Shown: positions 7,476-16,242 of the stretch, piece by piece
Layout of the letters: each line of letters opens with the position of its first letter
How positions within the stretch are numbered: the stretch's first letter is position 1
DNA from: a virus
Lineage: Duplodnaviria > Caudoviricetes
IMG/VR virus record: IMGVR_UViG_3300008085_000063
Coordinates: 1-37,913 of that record
DNA length: 37,913 nucleotides
Reading direction: 5' to 3' (one strand)
Made by a program: the position numbers and the translations under genes
The notes under the pieces: model-generated
What the model was told of the DNA's origin: nothing
Seen by the model: only the letters and a program-made list of their open reading frames with translations
Database searches by the model: none

Positions 7476-7757
7476 ATGGCGTACACTTGCCCATACTGTA
7501 AAGATGTAGATTTTAGTTATAACAACGGCAAATGTATGCGCTGCGGTCATAAACGTGAACGCGATGACGCCAACATTAAAGAAATAATCGCACCTAGCAA
7601 ACGCTTAAACGTGGCCCAGGCCATTGCCGACAACCCAACACTTAACAGTACCGAGTTAGCCCAAAAGCTAGCGGGTGGCTATAGTGGCGGTTCATACCCT
7701 AAATACACCACAATCTTATTGAAAATTAATGAGATAAAAGGAGTAACAAAGTCATGA
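7476..7757 (+). CDS. Zinc-ribbon protein with possible C-terminal HTH
   Basis: CPYC...CMRC; ATG 7476 follows the upstream stop. Confidence 0.75.
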   Translation: MAYTCPYCKDVDFSYNNGKCMRCGHKRERDDANIKEIIAPSKRLNVAQAIADNPTLNSTELAQKLAGGYSGGSYPKYTTILLKINEIKGVTKS

Positions 7758-7867
7758 CCGCCCACAACCCACCAAAAGGCATCGTTCGCAAATATATGCG
7801 CGACCAATTACGCGGCGAGCGCAAGCACGCCAAGACCATCAAAACTAATCTAAAAAGGAGTAAATAA
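7754..7867 (+). CDS. 37-aa basic peptide (MTAHNPPKGIVRKYMRDQLRGERKH...), not in the ORF track
   Basis: AGGAG SD; ATGA and TAATG overlaps on either side. Confidence 0.7.
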   Translation: MTAHNPPKGIVRKYMRDQLRGERKHAKTIKTNLKRSK

Positions 7868-8067
7868 TGGTCATACAAATCATTATCCACGACGGTATCA
7901 AAACCCGCACCCGGACTTATCGCGACATCGTACCCGCTAACGGCGGATTGGCGCGGCTACGCGAGGGCTTTCAGGCTCAGGCAGCGTTTAGTAAGTGGGG
8001 CGAGATGGTGCAACTAAAAGGTAAAGAGCGGCTAGTGCTATCTAGCTTCGGAAAGGTTGAAAAATGA
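7867..8067 (+). CDS. Hypothetical protein
   Basis: AGGAG SD; translationally coupled. Confidence 0.75.
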   Translation: MVIQIIIHDGIKTRTRTYRDIVPANGGLARLREGFQAQAAFSKWGEMVQLKGKERLVLSSFGKVEK

Positions 8068-8444
8068 GTAAACAGGCTTGGCGATATGCAGCCCTTGAAA
8101 ACAATACACGGCTGATTGAGGCGTTTTGCAAAAAGCACCGCTTAACAATCGAATACCTGAACGATGGCTATCAGCTCCGCATTAACGGCGTGATTGATAT
8201 CTACCCGGTACGCCTTAAATATCACTACTTGAAAAACGGGCAGCGGGGCGAATTTGAAACTATGGAACATCTTGACTTGAGTATCTTCGATAATGTTATA
8301 ACAGTCCGCAATGGTGTAATGAGTACGCCGCCTAATGACGGTATTTATACACCTGATTTTAGCATGCCGAGCCGTGTATTAAAAAACTTACCAAAGCCAA
8401 CCACGAGTAAACGCAAATGGTGGCAGATATGGAGGAAAAAATAA
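8064..8444 (+). CDS. Hypothetical protein ending KRKWWQIWRKK
   Basis: ATGA overlap with the upstream gene. Confidence 0.75.
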   Translation: MSKQAWRYAALENNTRLIEAFCKKHRLTIEYLNDGYQLRINGVIDIYPVRLKYHYLKNGQRGEFETMEHLDLSIFDNVITVRNGVMSTPPNDGIYTPDFSMPSRVLKNLPKPTTSKRKWWQIWRKK

Positions 8445-8800
8445 TGCGCGTATATATTAACGAACCAATAGTGCAACCACTCCCGGTCTTCTTTAACTTC
8501 ATGGGCGGCCTAGACTTCATTGGAAGTGTCCAAAAGCTAAACAAGCTCACGGCTGCACCACGCCACTGGCGAGGACGCAAGATACCGATTCGTAACGGCT
8601 ATGCGGCACCTCACTATATACCAATTACTGTTTACCAAGACGACATTTTGGTATACTGTAACCATATGAATCAGGAAATCGAGCAGGTCAGTTTCTACGC
8701 CGGTCTTGATGACGAATATACTCGGCCTGCTTCTGTATGCCAGAAATGTGGCGCCGGATGGGACGAAAACGGCGAGCAGGTGTTAAATACTTCGAATTAG
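8444..8800 (+). CDS. Hypothetical protein with a CNH...CQKC putative zinc site
   Basis: GGAGG SD; TAATG overlap at 8444. Confidence 0.7.
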   Translation: MRVYINEPIVQPLPVFFNFMGGLDFIGSVQKLNKLTAAPRHWRGRKIPIRNGYAAPHYIPITVYQDDILVYCNHMNQEIEQVSFYAGLDDEYTRPASVCQKCGAGWDENGEQVLNTSN

Positions 8801-8964
8801 AAGATGCTGCATATCACTCCAATGATAGTAGGGCATCATTACAGCTAGATGCAGTTAACGCTATTATGAAACTAATCGACACCTACACCACCAACCTCCA
8901 AGCCGAGTCCTACAAACAAGGCTTTATAGCTGGTAGTATTGAACAAATAAATAAGGGGGAATAA
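8737..8964 (+). CDS. Hypothetical protein (start uncertain)
   Basis: Fills the operon gap; ESYKQGFIAG motif common in small phage proteins. Confidence 0.55.
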   Translation: MPEMWRRMGRKRRAGVKYFELEDAAYHSNDSRASLQLDAVNAIMKLIDTYTTNLQAESYKQGFIAGSIEQINKGE

Positions 8965-8965
8965 T

Positions 8966-9175
8966 ATGAGTAAAACATTAATTGATAGGCTATATATTTA
9001 TGAAAAGTATAATATTCACCTAGATAATATGAAGGCTACTGAGATAAGTGAATTAATTGATTTATTAGTCGAGGAGATGGCTTATCGTATTGATAACCCG
9101 AATGGCAGTTCTAACCCAGAGGCGAAAATTATGACCCACCTAAAACCAACCACTAATACAGGAAGTGAGGAGTAG
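8966..9175 (+). CDS. Hypothetical protein
   Basis: GGGGG SD; tight packing. Confidence 0.7.
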   Translation: MSKTLIDRLYIYEKYNIHLDNMKATEISELIDLLVEEMAYRIDNPNGSSNPEAKIMTHLKPTTNTGSEE

Positions 9176-9178
9176 GGT

Positions 9179-9403
9179 ATGAACAAAGATGTATATTATA
9201 AAATTTATAGTCATTCAAGAAACTCTAGTGGAACGAATGATTTTAAAAACCTATTCCAAGTATTTGTGTTTTTATTTAGAGAATTAGCTTTTAACAAATA
9301 TCCTAGTAGTAAAACATTTGAAGTTACACAGGATTATGGGTATGAATTAGTTGAAAAGCGTGAGTTAAAACGTCTTAAAAAGAAATATGAGGTGAAAAAA
9401 TGA
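9179..9403 (+). CDS. Hypothetical protein (AT-rich)
   Basis: GAGGAG SD; tight packing. Confidence 0.7.
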   Translation: MNKDVYYKIYSHSRNSSGTNDFKNLFQVFVFLFRELAFNKYPSSKTFEVTQDYGYELVEKRELKRLKKKYEVKK

Positions 9404-9684
9404 ATTCCCAACCACCTGAGAATATGACTTCTAAATCCCAAGCTAGTGTAGATGAGGTGCTGTTAAACTGTGCCTGGTGGGGTTCTGATACTCACGCTGG
9501 TACCACAGGAAAGCACGTCCCAGCAGATTATAATGTCCAAGCCAAACAGCAACTAAAACAGTTAATACTAGGGGCTGTACCTCAAAAAGCTACCAAACCA
9601 TTCTCAGATATGAATATGGGATATAACAACGCTATCGACCAATTCGAAGCTAACATTAACCAATTATTCGAGGGGGAATTATGA
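9400..9684 (+). CDS. Hypothetical protein
   Basis: GAGGTG SD, ATGA overlap, GYNNAI motif. Confidence 0.7.
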   Translation: MNSQPPENMTSKSQASVDEVLLNCAWWGSDTHAGTTGKHVPADYNVQAKQQLKQLILGAVPQKATKPFSDMNMGYNNAIDQFEANINQLFEGEL

Positions 9685-9809
9685 CTGATAAAGCAACAAA
9701 TGAAGCAATAGTTATACTGAATCAAATACTAGGCGGTGATATATCATACAAAAAAGCTTGCGAGATAATAGAAAACGCTATTAAGTTATTGAAAGAAGAC
9801 GAGTCATGA
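9681..9809 (+). CDS. 42-aa protein (MTDKATNEAIVILNQILGG...), not in the ORF track
   Basis: GAGGGGG SD; ATGA overlaps at both ends. Confidence 0.7.
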   Translation: MTDKATNEAIVILNQILGGDISYKKACEIIENAIKLLKEDES

Positions 9810-10192
9810 CCTCTAAAGCAACAAGCAGAGTAATAAAGTTTAGAGCGTATGGAACTAAAACTAAAATGATGTTTGGTAGTGAACATCTTGGTCATTGGTC
9901 TATCGGTAGAATTGAAAAAGGCGATACTGATGAGTTTATATTTATGCAGTTCACTGGACTCCTCGATAAAAATGGCAAAGAGATATGGGAAGGTGACGTA
10001 GCAAAATGCCAGTATTGCGAAAGGCACAAATTAGAAGTGTTTTACGATACTAGAATCTCTGCTTTTGCCCTAAAAAGTGTTGGCGGTGAACCATGTGCGA
10101 ATAAACACCTTATTAAGATTGATAACTGGTTAGAAGTTATCGGCAATGTCTTTGAACACGGTCATTTACTTGAAAATGAAAGCAAGAAGTAA
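9806..10192 (+). CDS. YopX family protein
   Basis: IKFRAY, MQFTGLLDKNGKEIWEGD, LEVIGNVFE. Confidence 0.92.
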   Translation: MTSKATSRVIKFRAYGTKTKMMFGSEHLGHWSIGRIEKGDTDEFIFMQFTGLLDKNGKEIWEGDVAKCQYCERHKLEVFYDTRISAFALKSVGGEPCANKHLIKIDNWLEVIGNVFEHGHLLENESKK

Positions 10193-10274
10193 AACATTCC
10201 AAGGTATAGCAGACGCTATGGCTGAACAATGGAGTGTTGAACACCCTAACCTATTACAAAAGAAAGGAAATTAA
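10176..10274 (+). pseudogene. 32-codon ORF matching the C-terminal tail of phage cytosine-methyltransferase-like proteins
   Basis: MKARSKTFQGIADAMAEQW resembles the RSKTFxGIAxAMAxQW terminal motif; the rest of the gene is absent. Confidence 0.6.
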
Positions 10275-10344
10275 TAATGTCTAAAATGTCTAAAAACAAG
10301 CAAATAATGTCTAAACTAGTATCAACTAAAGGGGGTAAGTAATA

Positions 10345-11595
10345 ATGATAGAAGCAAAGTTATACCCCTATCAGGAAAAATATATAGAAAAACTCCCGAT
10401 GCGCGGGATCGTCGACGCCGAGCTGGGCCTCGGCAAATCAATCATGTCGCTCGAATACTACAAGCGCCACAACCAGGGGGAGCCACTCCTGATCGTTGCT
10501 CCTGCTGCTAAAGCTCGCTCCGGTGACTGGGAACGCGAGTGCGAAGCAGTTGGGCTTAGCCCATTCCAATACACTATCGTCAGCCGTGAACGCCTTGCAG
10601 TCGCCAAGATAGCCGGCAAACCACTCTGGCACCAGTTCGCCCCGAAATACGGCGGCACGCAGCACTCAGTCATTTACGATGAGAACACTGGACTCCGCAA
10701 CGCGAGCACAAGCATATTCAAAAAGATTAAGCTTATCGTTGACGAGGCCCCGATATTCCTAATACTGACAGGCACGCCGATGAGCAACGGCTGGAAAGAC
10801 ATGACCGGCTACGCTGTCCTATTCAAGCTGGTCCGTAACCAAACTGAGTTCAAACAACGCTTCTTCATTATCAGTCGTGCCAAACCATGGCCCGAGATTG
10901 TCGGCTACTACCACGAGGACGTGCTGCACACTATGTGGAAGAAAATTAGCCGTCATCTGACCCGTGAAGACGCCAAGCAGTATCTGCCTGATCGCCAAAT
11001 CCTCCCACTCGATATTCAACCTATGGGCAAAGACTTAAATGAGTACGATCGCATCAAGAAAGAGAAAACGATTGGTGATAACCTGCTCGATACCGCCAGC
11101 GCAGTGTTCCACGCCCAGCGCCAAGCTCTCACCGACCTGAAATTAGGTCAACTAGAGTACATTTTGAACGATACCGAGGAAAACGTGATTATATTTTATA
11201 ATTATAAAAGTGAGTTGGAGGCATTAAAAATTTTGCTTAAAAAGCTTAAAGATAAGACAATTTATGAAGTCAACGGTGACAATAAGACTGCACCAAGTAA
11301 ACAAAACTGGGGAGGAGTCAAAAACTCTGTCACTCTGGCCCAGTATAAATCGGCTAGCCGTGGGATTGAATTAACATATGCAACCATAACTGTATTTTTT
11401 GGCTTAACTTATTCTTATGAGGAATATGCTCAAGCACTTGGAAGATCTTATAGAAACGGTCAAACTAAACCTACTATCGTTTATTGTATGCGGGTTAAAA
11501 ACACTATTGAGGAAGCTATTTGGTCCGTGCTTGCTAAAAAACTTGACTTTTCTGATAAATTATACGAGAATGGTAAGTATGGTAGAGTGTTATAA
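10345..11595 (+). CDS. SNF2-like SF2 helicase
   Basis: LYPYQ, GLGKS, VIYDE, LTGTPMSN, GIELT, QALGRSYRNGQ. Confidence 0.9.
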   Translation: MIEAKLYPYQEKYIEKLPMRGIVDAELGLGKSIMSLEYYKRHNQGEPLLIVAPAAKARSGDWERECEAVGLSPFQYTIVSRERLAVAKIAGKPLWHQFAPKYGGTQHSVIYDENTGLRNASTSIFKKIKLIVDEAPIFLILTGTPMSNGWKDMTGYAVLFKLVRNQTEFKQRFFIISRAKPWPEIVGYYHEDVLHTMWKKISRHLTREDAKQYLPDRQILPLDIQPMGKDLNEYDRIKKEKTIGDNLLDTASAVFHAQRQALTDLKLGQLEYILNDTEENVIIFYNYKSELEALKILLKKLKDKTIYEVNGDNKTAPSKQNWGGVKNSVTLAQYKSASRGIELTYATITVFFGLTYSYEEYAQALGRSYRNGQTKPTIVYCMRVKNTIEEAIWSVLAKKLDFSDKLYENGKYGRVL

Positions 11596-12217
11596 ACAGT
11601 ATAAACTTTCAAGATATGCATCTGGCAAGAAGCGAGGTGTGAATAACAGTAAATCGCCAACATACCGTAGTTGGTACTCTATGTTAGCTAGATGTTACAC
11701 ACCATCTTACAAAAACTACCACAGATGGGGCGGTCGTGGTATCAGAGTTTGCGATAGATGGCTTGACGCAAAGAGCGGCTATGCTAACTTTATCTCCGAT
11801 ATGGGTGAGCGCCCAAGTGGTATGTCGTTAGACAGAATGAACATCGACGGCGATTATTGTCTAGACAATTGCCGATGGGCCACGCCAAAACAGCAAATGA
11901 ACAACACATCAAAAAACGTTCACATTAAGTATCTAGGGTTGTCATATACAGCAAGCGAACTCTCCGACCTGATTGGTATCAAGAGGGGCACGTTATTGTA
12001 CCGTTATCGTAAAAATAAGCGTTTAGATGCCCCCATCGACACGAGTGGGGTAGCAGCCAACACTAAAGCCCATTGTAGCCGTGGGCACGATCTCCGTGTT
12101 AGTGCTAATATTTTTTATAGGAAAAATGGGAGCAGGGAATGTCGTCTATGTGCTAACCAGCGCATGAGAGACCGTAGAGCTGTTGAGAAACTTTATCTGG
12201 AGAAACATTATGAGTAA
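11570..12217 (+). CDS. HNH homing endonuclease with a C-terminal HCxRGH...CxxC domain
   Basis: TYRSWYSMLARC, GGRGIRVCDRW, SLDRMN, NCRWAT; start 11570 or 11579. Confidence 0.88.
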   Translation: MVSMVECYKQYKLSRYASGKKRGVNNSKSPTYRSWYSMLARCYTPSYKNYHRWGGRGIRVCDRWLDAKSGYANFISDMGERPSGMSLDRMNIDGDYCLDNCRWATPKQQMNNTSKNVHIKYLGLSYTASELSDLIGIKRGTLLYRYRKNKRLDAPIDTSGVAANTKAHCSRGHDLRVSANIFYRKNGSRECRLCANQRMRDRRAVEKLYLEKHYE

Positions 12218-12461
12218 GTTTATTGAAGCAAGGCCCAATGTGTTCGTTAATGTCGATCATATCATTTGGGCTGGGTATACTAGGACCGAAGACGGTATGG
12301 AGTTTACATTGCGCTTGTCGGGTAATTTCAGTGTGAGTGTCCTTGATATAGATAAAATACAATCTATCAAGAAACTATTGACAAACCAACCAGACCAGAG
12401 TACAATAAAAACAAATCAGGACTCTAACCAACCTGAGAAAGGAAAAAAGAATGCTTTATAA
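12210..12461 (+). CDS. Hypothetical protein
   Basis: GGAG SD before ATG 12210. Confidence 0.7.
   Translation: MSKFIEARPNVFVNVDHIIWAGYTRTEDGMEFTLRLSGNFSVSVLDIDKIQSIKKLLTNQPDQSTIKTNQDSNQPEKGKKNAL
12378..12406 (+). promoter_or_regulatory. Internal promoter for the exonuclease-SSB operon
   Basis: TTGACA-17-TACAAT; followed by a CTCTAACCA box at 12422-12430. Confidence 0.8.
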
Positions 12462-13221
12462 ACTAAAACAAACCGACCTTGTCTATTTATCAGACGAGTT
12501 CGGCCACAGCTACGAGATTGAGGGCGAAGTTGTCGCCGGTGTAACCACCATCTTGTCGCTGGGCGTACCAGCCGACGCTGGGCTTATCAACTTTTTCAAG
12601 CAGATGTCTGCTGACGATCAAGCCGATATCCTAGCCGACGCTCAAGACCGTGGGTCAAACGTCCACCAAGCTATCGAGCAACTATTACTCGGTCGCAAAG
12701 TCCAGGTAGAAAATTTCAAACGCCCTCGAGAAAAAGCCGGCATCACCGCCTTTATTGACTGGTTTACTAAAGTTAACCCGACCGACGTCAGACCAGAAAT
12801 GGTTGTGGCTTACCTTGACACCGAAGAAGATGGCACCGAGGGTATGAAATATGCCGGTACTGTCGACTTCATCGGCACGATCAATGGTCGCCGCATCCTA
12901 ATCGACTTCAAAACCAGTGCAGTACCAAGTAAGAAAAACTCACTACAAGCTCAAGCTTACAAAAAGGCTGTCGAGCAATCACTAGGCGAAAAAATCGACG
13001 ACTGTTATATACTATACCTAGGCACAAAACACACTGGCACCCGTCCAAAGATGATTGACGATATGCCTAATACCGGCTTCGGCTGGAGCATGATAAAATC
13101 CGAAGATACATTTGATGACTTTAAGTTAGCTTATCAGATGGCAATTTGGTGCTGCGGCGGGTACCCGAAACCACCTAAAGTGTTGGTCTACCCAAAGGAA
13201 TGGGAGCTCCCAAAAGTATGA
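12451..13221 (+). CDS. PD-(D/E)XK (Cas4/RecB-like) exonuclease
   Basis: GVTTIL, RGSNVH, YAGTVD, LIDFKTS, LQAQAY. Confidence 0.88.
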   Translation: MLYKLKQTDLVYLSDEFGHSYEIEGEVVAGVTTILSLGVPADAGLINFFKQMSADDQADILADAQDRGSNVHQAIEQLLLGRKVQVENFKRPREKAGITAFIDWFTKVNPTDVRPEMVVAYLDTEEDGTEGMKYAGTVDFIGTINGRRILIDFKTSAVPSKKNSLQAQAYKKAVEQSLGEKIDDCYILYLGTKHTGTRPKMIDDMPNTGFGWSMIKSEDTFDDFKLAYQMAIWCCGGYPKPPKVLVYPKEWELPKV

Positions 13222-13661
13222 TAGTCCATGGGTACAACTCTAGGGATAGCCGCCATCCACTATACTGGTTATGGCTCGGCATGAGACAGAGGTGTAATAA
13301 CCCAAACCACATTAGTTACAAGAATTATGGCGCAAAGGGTATATCTGTATGTAAGCGGTGGGACAATTTCCCATTGTTTCTAGAGGACGTCGGCAACAGA
13401 CCATCTCCTGCTTATAGTCTAGATAGGATAAACAGTGGGGGCGATTATGAACCGCTAAATGTGAGATGGGCTACTAGACACGAACAGAATAGTCGCCGAT
13501 CCAATTCAAATGAATTTACTGGTGTACGATGGTGTCACCATAAAAATAGGTGGAAAGCCCAACTTACGGTTAACACTGTCAGGGTACTCGATAAAGCTTT
13601 CCTTACAAAAGAAGAAGCCATATTGGCACGAAGCCAAGCGGAGTCAACATTTATGCCATGA
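13218..13661 (+). CDS. HNH-AP2 homing endonuclease
   Basis: WLGMRQRC, SLDRIN, NVRWAT, then GVRW...WKAQ...EEAILAR (AP2-like). Confidence 0.88.
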   Translation: MIVHGYNSRDSRHPLYWLWLGMRQRCNNPNHISYKNYGAKGISVCKRWDNFPLFLEDVGNRPSPAYSLDRINSGGDYEPLNVRWATRHEQNSRRSNSNEFTGVRWCHHKNRWKAQLTVNTVRVLDKAFLTKEEAILARSQAESTFMP

Positions 13662-13713
13662 AGTATATTAACAATAATAGTAGAATTATAAATAATTAAA
13701 GGAGAAAAATAAT

Positions 13714-14220
13714 ATGTCAGAAGTAAAAGTAAACGGTATCAAGATCCAATTAAAAAACGTCAAGGTCATCTTCGCCAACCTCGAAGACGAGGGCTTTGGC
13801 AAAAGCATTACCATCGACGCCACCGACAAGGATATCAAAAAAGGTATCGAAGATTGGGTCAAAGAGAACAAGATCGGCAAAACCAACCCAGGCGAGGCTA
13901 ACTTCAAGACCTACGAAGATGTTATCCAATACAGCTTCCGCTTAAATGACAAAAGCAAGTTCGTCTACTGCTCTGGCGTGCCAGAAGGCTCACTTGGCTA
14001 CGGTGCTGAGGTCAGCTTAGCTGCCAACGCTTTTGAATACAACAACAAGTTCGGCAAAGGTGTAAGCGCATCACTATCAGCTATCGTAGTTGAAAAGGCT
14101 GCTTCAACTGGTGCCGACGCTGATATTGCCGACTTGCTTGAAGATGACGACGAAACCGTCGAAGTCGCTCCTGGGGTCAGCGGTACACCTATTGACATAA
14201 CTGGCGACGTGCCATTTTAA
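13714..14220 (+). CDS. Single-stranded DNA-binding protein (T7 gp2.5 / DUF2815-like)
   Basis: NKFGKGVSASLSAIVV, acidic tail ending DVPF; AAGGAG SD. Confidence 0.8.
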   Translation: MSEVKVNGIKIQLKNVKVIFANLEDEGFGKSITIDATDKDIKKGIEDWVKENKIGKTNPGEANFKTYEDVIQYSFRLNDKSKFVYCSGVPEGSLGYGAEVSLAANAFEYNNKFGKGVSASLSAIVVEKAASTGADADIADLLEDDDETVEVAPGVSGTPIDITGDVPF

Positions 14221-14229
14221 GGTATCATT

Positions 14230-14427
14230 ATGCCTAAAATAACTGTTAGAAACGTCAAAAGCAAGGCTGAACACATCACGGTGTCATTCAGCATCAACAA
14301 GAAACTAGCCCAAGTTATCAACGGTATTGCTGTGAGCGACAATAAAAGTCGCTCACTGGTAATCACCGAGCAACTTGAAGCTGGCCTAAAAGCGAATGGG
14401 ATCGGAGTCGATTATGACACTAAATAA
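14230..14427 (+). CDS. Ribbon-helix-helix DNA-binding protein
   Basis: ITVSFSI strand followed by two helices with SRSLVI. Confidence 0.7.
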   Translation: MPKITVRNVKSKAEHITVSFSINKKLAQVINGIAVSDNKSRSLVITEQLEAGLKANGIGVDYDTK

Positions 14428-14506
14428 TATCCTACACTTCTTTGGTCTTTGTAAAAAACGCCGTATAGGCTACCGATGCAATGGTCGGCCAAGTGAACAT
14501 TTGTAA
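14414..14506 (+). CDS. 30-aa His/Cys peptide, not in the ORF track
   Basis: GGAG SD; MTLNNILHFFGLCKKRRIGYRCNGRPSEHL. Confidence 0.5.
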   Translation: MTLNNILHFFGLCKKRRIGYRCNGRPSEHL

Positions 14507-14539
14507 ATTTATAGCATAACAATTATAATAGGGGACAAT

Positions 14540-15070
14540 ATGATTACATCAGAACAACTAGCACGTCAAATGGCTGTATTCAGCTATGTTACTAAAACTA
14601 AAAATGTCGGTAGTATCGCTCAGTCAGTCGGACTATCGCCACTCCAAATCACTAATGCGGTATTTGTTGGTGAACGTATGGGGCTATTCACAGTCGTCCG
14701 CGACAAGAAAAAAACTATCGACAAAATCGAGGTATCAGACGAGCAATACGCTGACATAGCACTTATACCAGCTAATTTCGGTGAAGCGGTTGAAAACCTA
14801 GTTGCTAGTATCCTTGATTTCGTCAGCAACCGAAATAGCGTCGAGCGTGACGTCGAGGAAGGTTCAGTGATGATGCTGGCTCGAGTTCCAGATGTTATGT
14901 GGACCGTTGCATCTGAGCTTGTGAAGAACTCTGGCCTAGTCCATGTCTACGAGTATGCTGACCAGCTCGACAAAGAGAGTGTCTACACTTACTTCACATT
15001 ACCTGAAAACAAGGATAAATTATGGTACCACCACGATTTCAAAAAGATAGCCAAGAAGAAAAAGAAGTAG
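14540..15070 (+). CDS. Hypothetical protein with a possible N-terminal winged HTH
   Basis: VGSIAQSVGLSPLQITNAV pattern; AGGGG SD. Confidence 0.75.
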   Translation: MITSEQLARQMAVFSYVTKTKNVGSIAQSVGLSPLQITNAVFVGERMGLFTVVRDKKKTIDKIEVSDEQYADIALIPANFGEAVENLVASILDFVSNRNSVERDVEEGSVMMLARVPDVMWTVASELVKNSGLVHVYEYADQLDKESVYTYFTLPENKDKLWYHHDFKKIAKKKKK

Positions 15071-15690
15071 CTCCGGCTGCTTCTTTTGATTTTGTAATTC
15101 CATACGTCCACTCTGGCGATGGCGGTCAAGAGCTGTGTAAGGCACTCGCAACACTTAAAAACGTCCTAGACTGGTCCGGCAAAGTTTGGATTGTCGGCGA
15201 CTACGAGAGCTGGTTCGAGGATCTGAGTGGACTGGAGCACCTGCCATGTCCACCAGCCGGTAACAAATGGCTTGGGATACAAGCAGCTTTAATCAAGGCA
15301 TGTAAAACTCATGAAGTGTCAGATGATTTCTATTACAGTAATGATGACATTTATATATGGGATCAGTTTTTCCATATCCCTCCCTTCTACCGAGAGCCTA
15401 TTGACGAACATGCCGACAAGGTAGACAGTTTATATTCTCAAAGCCTTATCGCTACGAAACGGCTGTTGATTAGGCAGGGGATTGACGACGTGTCTAATTA
15501 TGAGGGCCACACGCCACTCCCGGTCAACAAGTCTAAGCTTGCCGAGACACTTAGTACAATTACTCGGATACAAGACTCTGGTTATATGCCCCTCCAGCTC
15601 CGGACTTATTACGGTAATATGTGGGATATCGGCGGCGAATTCTATGCTGATGGCAAGCATAAAGATGGTTTAGCCATCACTAGCTCTTGA
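15022..15690 (+). CDS. Stealth-family-like hexose-1-phosphate transferase (compact form)
   Basis: DFVIPYV (CR1-like); ELCKALATL, VWIVGD and VSDDFYYSNDDIYI (CR2-like); HTPLPVNK (CR3-like). Confidence 0.7.
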   Translation: MVPPRFQKDSQEEKEVAPAASFDFVIPYVHSGDGGQELCKALATLKNVLDWSGKVWIVGDYESWFEDLSGLEHLPCPPAGNKWLGIQAALIKACKTHEVSDDFYYSNDDIYIWDQFFHIPPFYREPIDEHADKVDSLYSQSLIATKRLLIRQGIDDVSNYEGHTPLPVNKSKLAETLSTITRIQDSGYMPLQLRTYYGNMWDIGGEFYADGKHKDGLAITSS

Positions 15691-15735
15691 GGTAAAAAGG
15701 GGCGGTAATTATATTACACGCCCCAAGTACCTCAA
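15687..15735 (-). terminator. Long hairpin/terminator at the convergent transcription junction
   Basis: TTGAGGTA/TACCTCAA, GGGGCG/CGCCCC and GTAAT/ATTAC stems; U5 tract on the minus strand. Confidence 0.7.
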
Positions 15736-15771
15736 CTTTATAAGTAGAGGGTAGTGCAGTCTGCCTATGTT

Positions 15772-15975
15772 TTAAGCTAGACCGTCAAGATATGGCAAGC
15801 GTTCAGCTTTTTGCGAACAACTCGTGCAGGTATAAAAACTTTCTGTAGTTGGTGTACTACAGTCGTTCAGGTAGCAAGTCGGCACTCGTTTGCATTGTAT
15901 GCAGAGTTTTTCAACTCCGCTTATTCTGCAACCAGACCGCTCGCCACAACCGATACACAAAATGATTTGTTTCAT
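15772..15975 (-). CDS. Small cysteine-rich protein (three CxxC plus further Cys)
   Basis: CIGC, CIQC, CTSC; AGGAG SD. Confidence 0.7.
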   Translation of the reverse strand: MKQIILCIGCGERSGCRISGVEKLCIQCKRVPTCYLNDCSTPTTESFYTCTSCSQKAERLPYLDGLA

Positions 15976-15987
15976 GATGCACTCCTG

Positions 15988-16242
15988 TTAATTATAAGGG
16001 TTTCCTTGTTCGGACACTTTAGGTTCATAACCCAAAAGCCAAGCACGAGTGATGAGGATGTACTCACTTTTTATCAGTTTGCGTAACTTCGGCAGAACGC
16101 GCTCGATGTCTTTATGACACTCAGCGCAAAGTTTCAACTTGCTGTCGTTGTTGCTGTTGCCATAAAACCGTTTTGGGAACACATGATGTTCCGTTAATGG
16201 TTGCATGGTATGACACTTAGGACAAAAGCCAAATGCTTGCAT
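15988..16242 (-). CDS. Minimal HNH-fold protein
   Basis: CPKC...EHHVFP...LCAECH. Confidence 0.75.
   Translation of the reverse strand: MQAFGFCPKCHTMQPLTEHHVFPKRFYGNSNNDSKLKLCAECHKDIERVLPKLRKLIKSEYILITRAWLLGYEPKVSEQGNPYN

Noticed and set aside
10122-10134. ATAACTGGTTAGA match to the sRNA start region inside yopX
   Set aside because: It overlaps the conserved WLEVIGN coding motif, lacks the final G and has no promoter context; probably chance.
12451-13221. Cas4 of a CRISPR system
   Set aside because: No array or other cas genes, no four-Cys cluster motif, and a typical phage replication context.
11570-13661. HNH genes as group I intron ORFs
   Set aside because: The flanking helicase, exonuclease and SSB genes appear complete, and there is no non-coding space for an intron core.
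15050-15070. -1 frameshift fusing 14540-15070 to the Stealth-like ORF
   Set aside because: The heptamer is G AAA AAG, not a canonical X XXY YYZ, and the downstream ORF has its own AAGGA SD and ATG at 15022.
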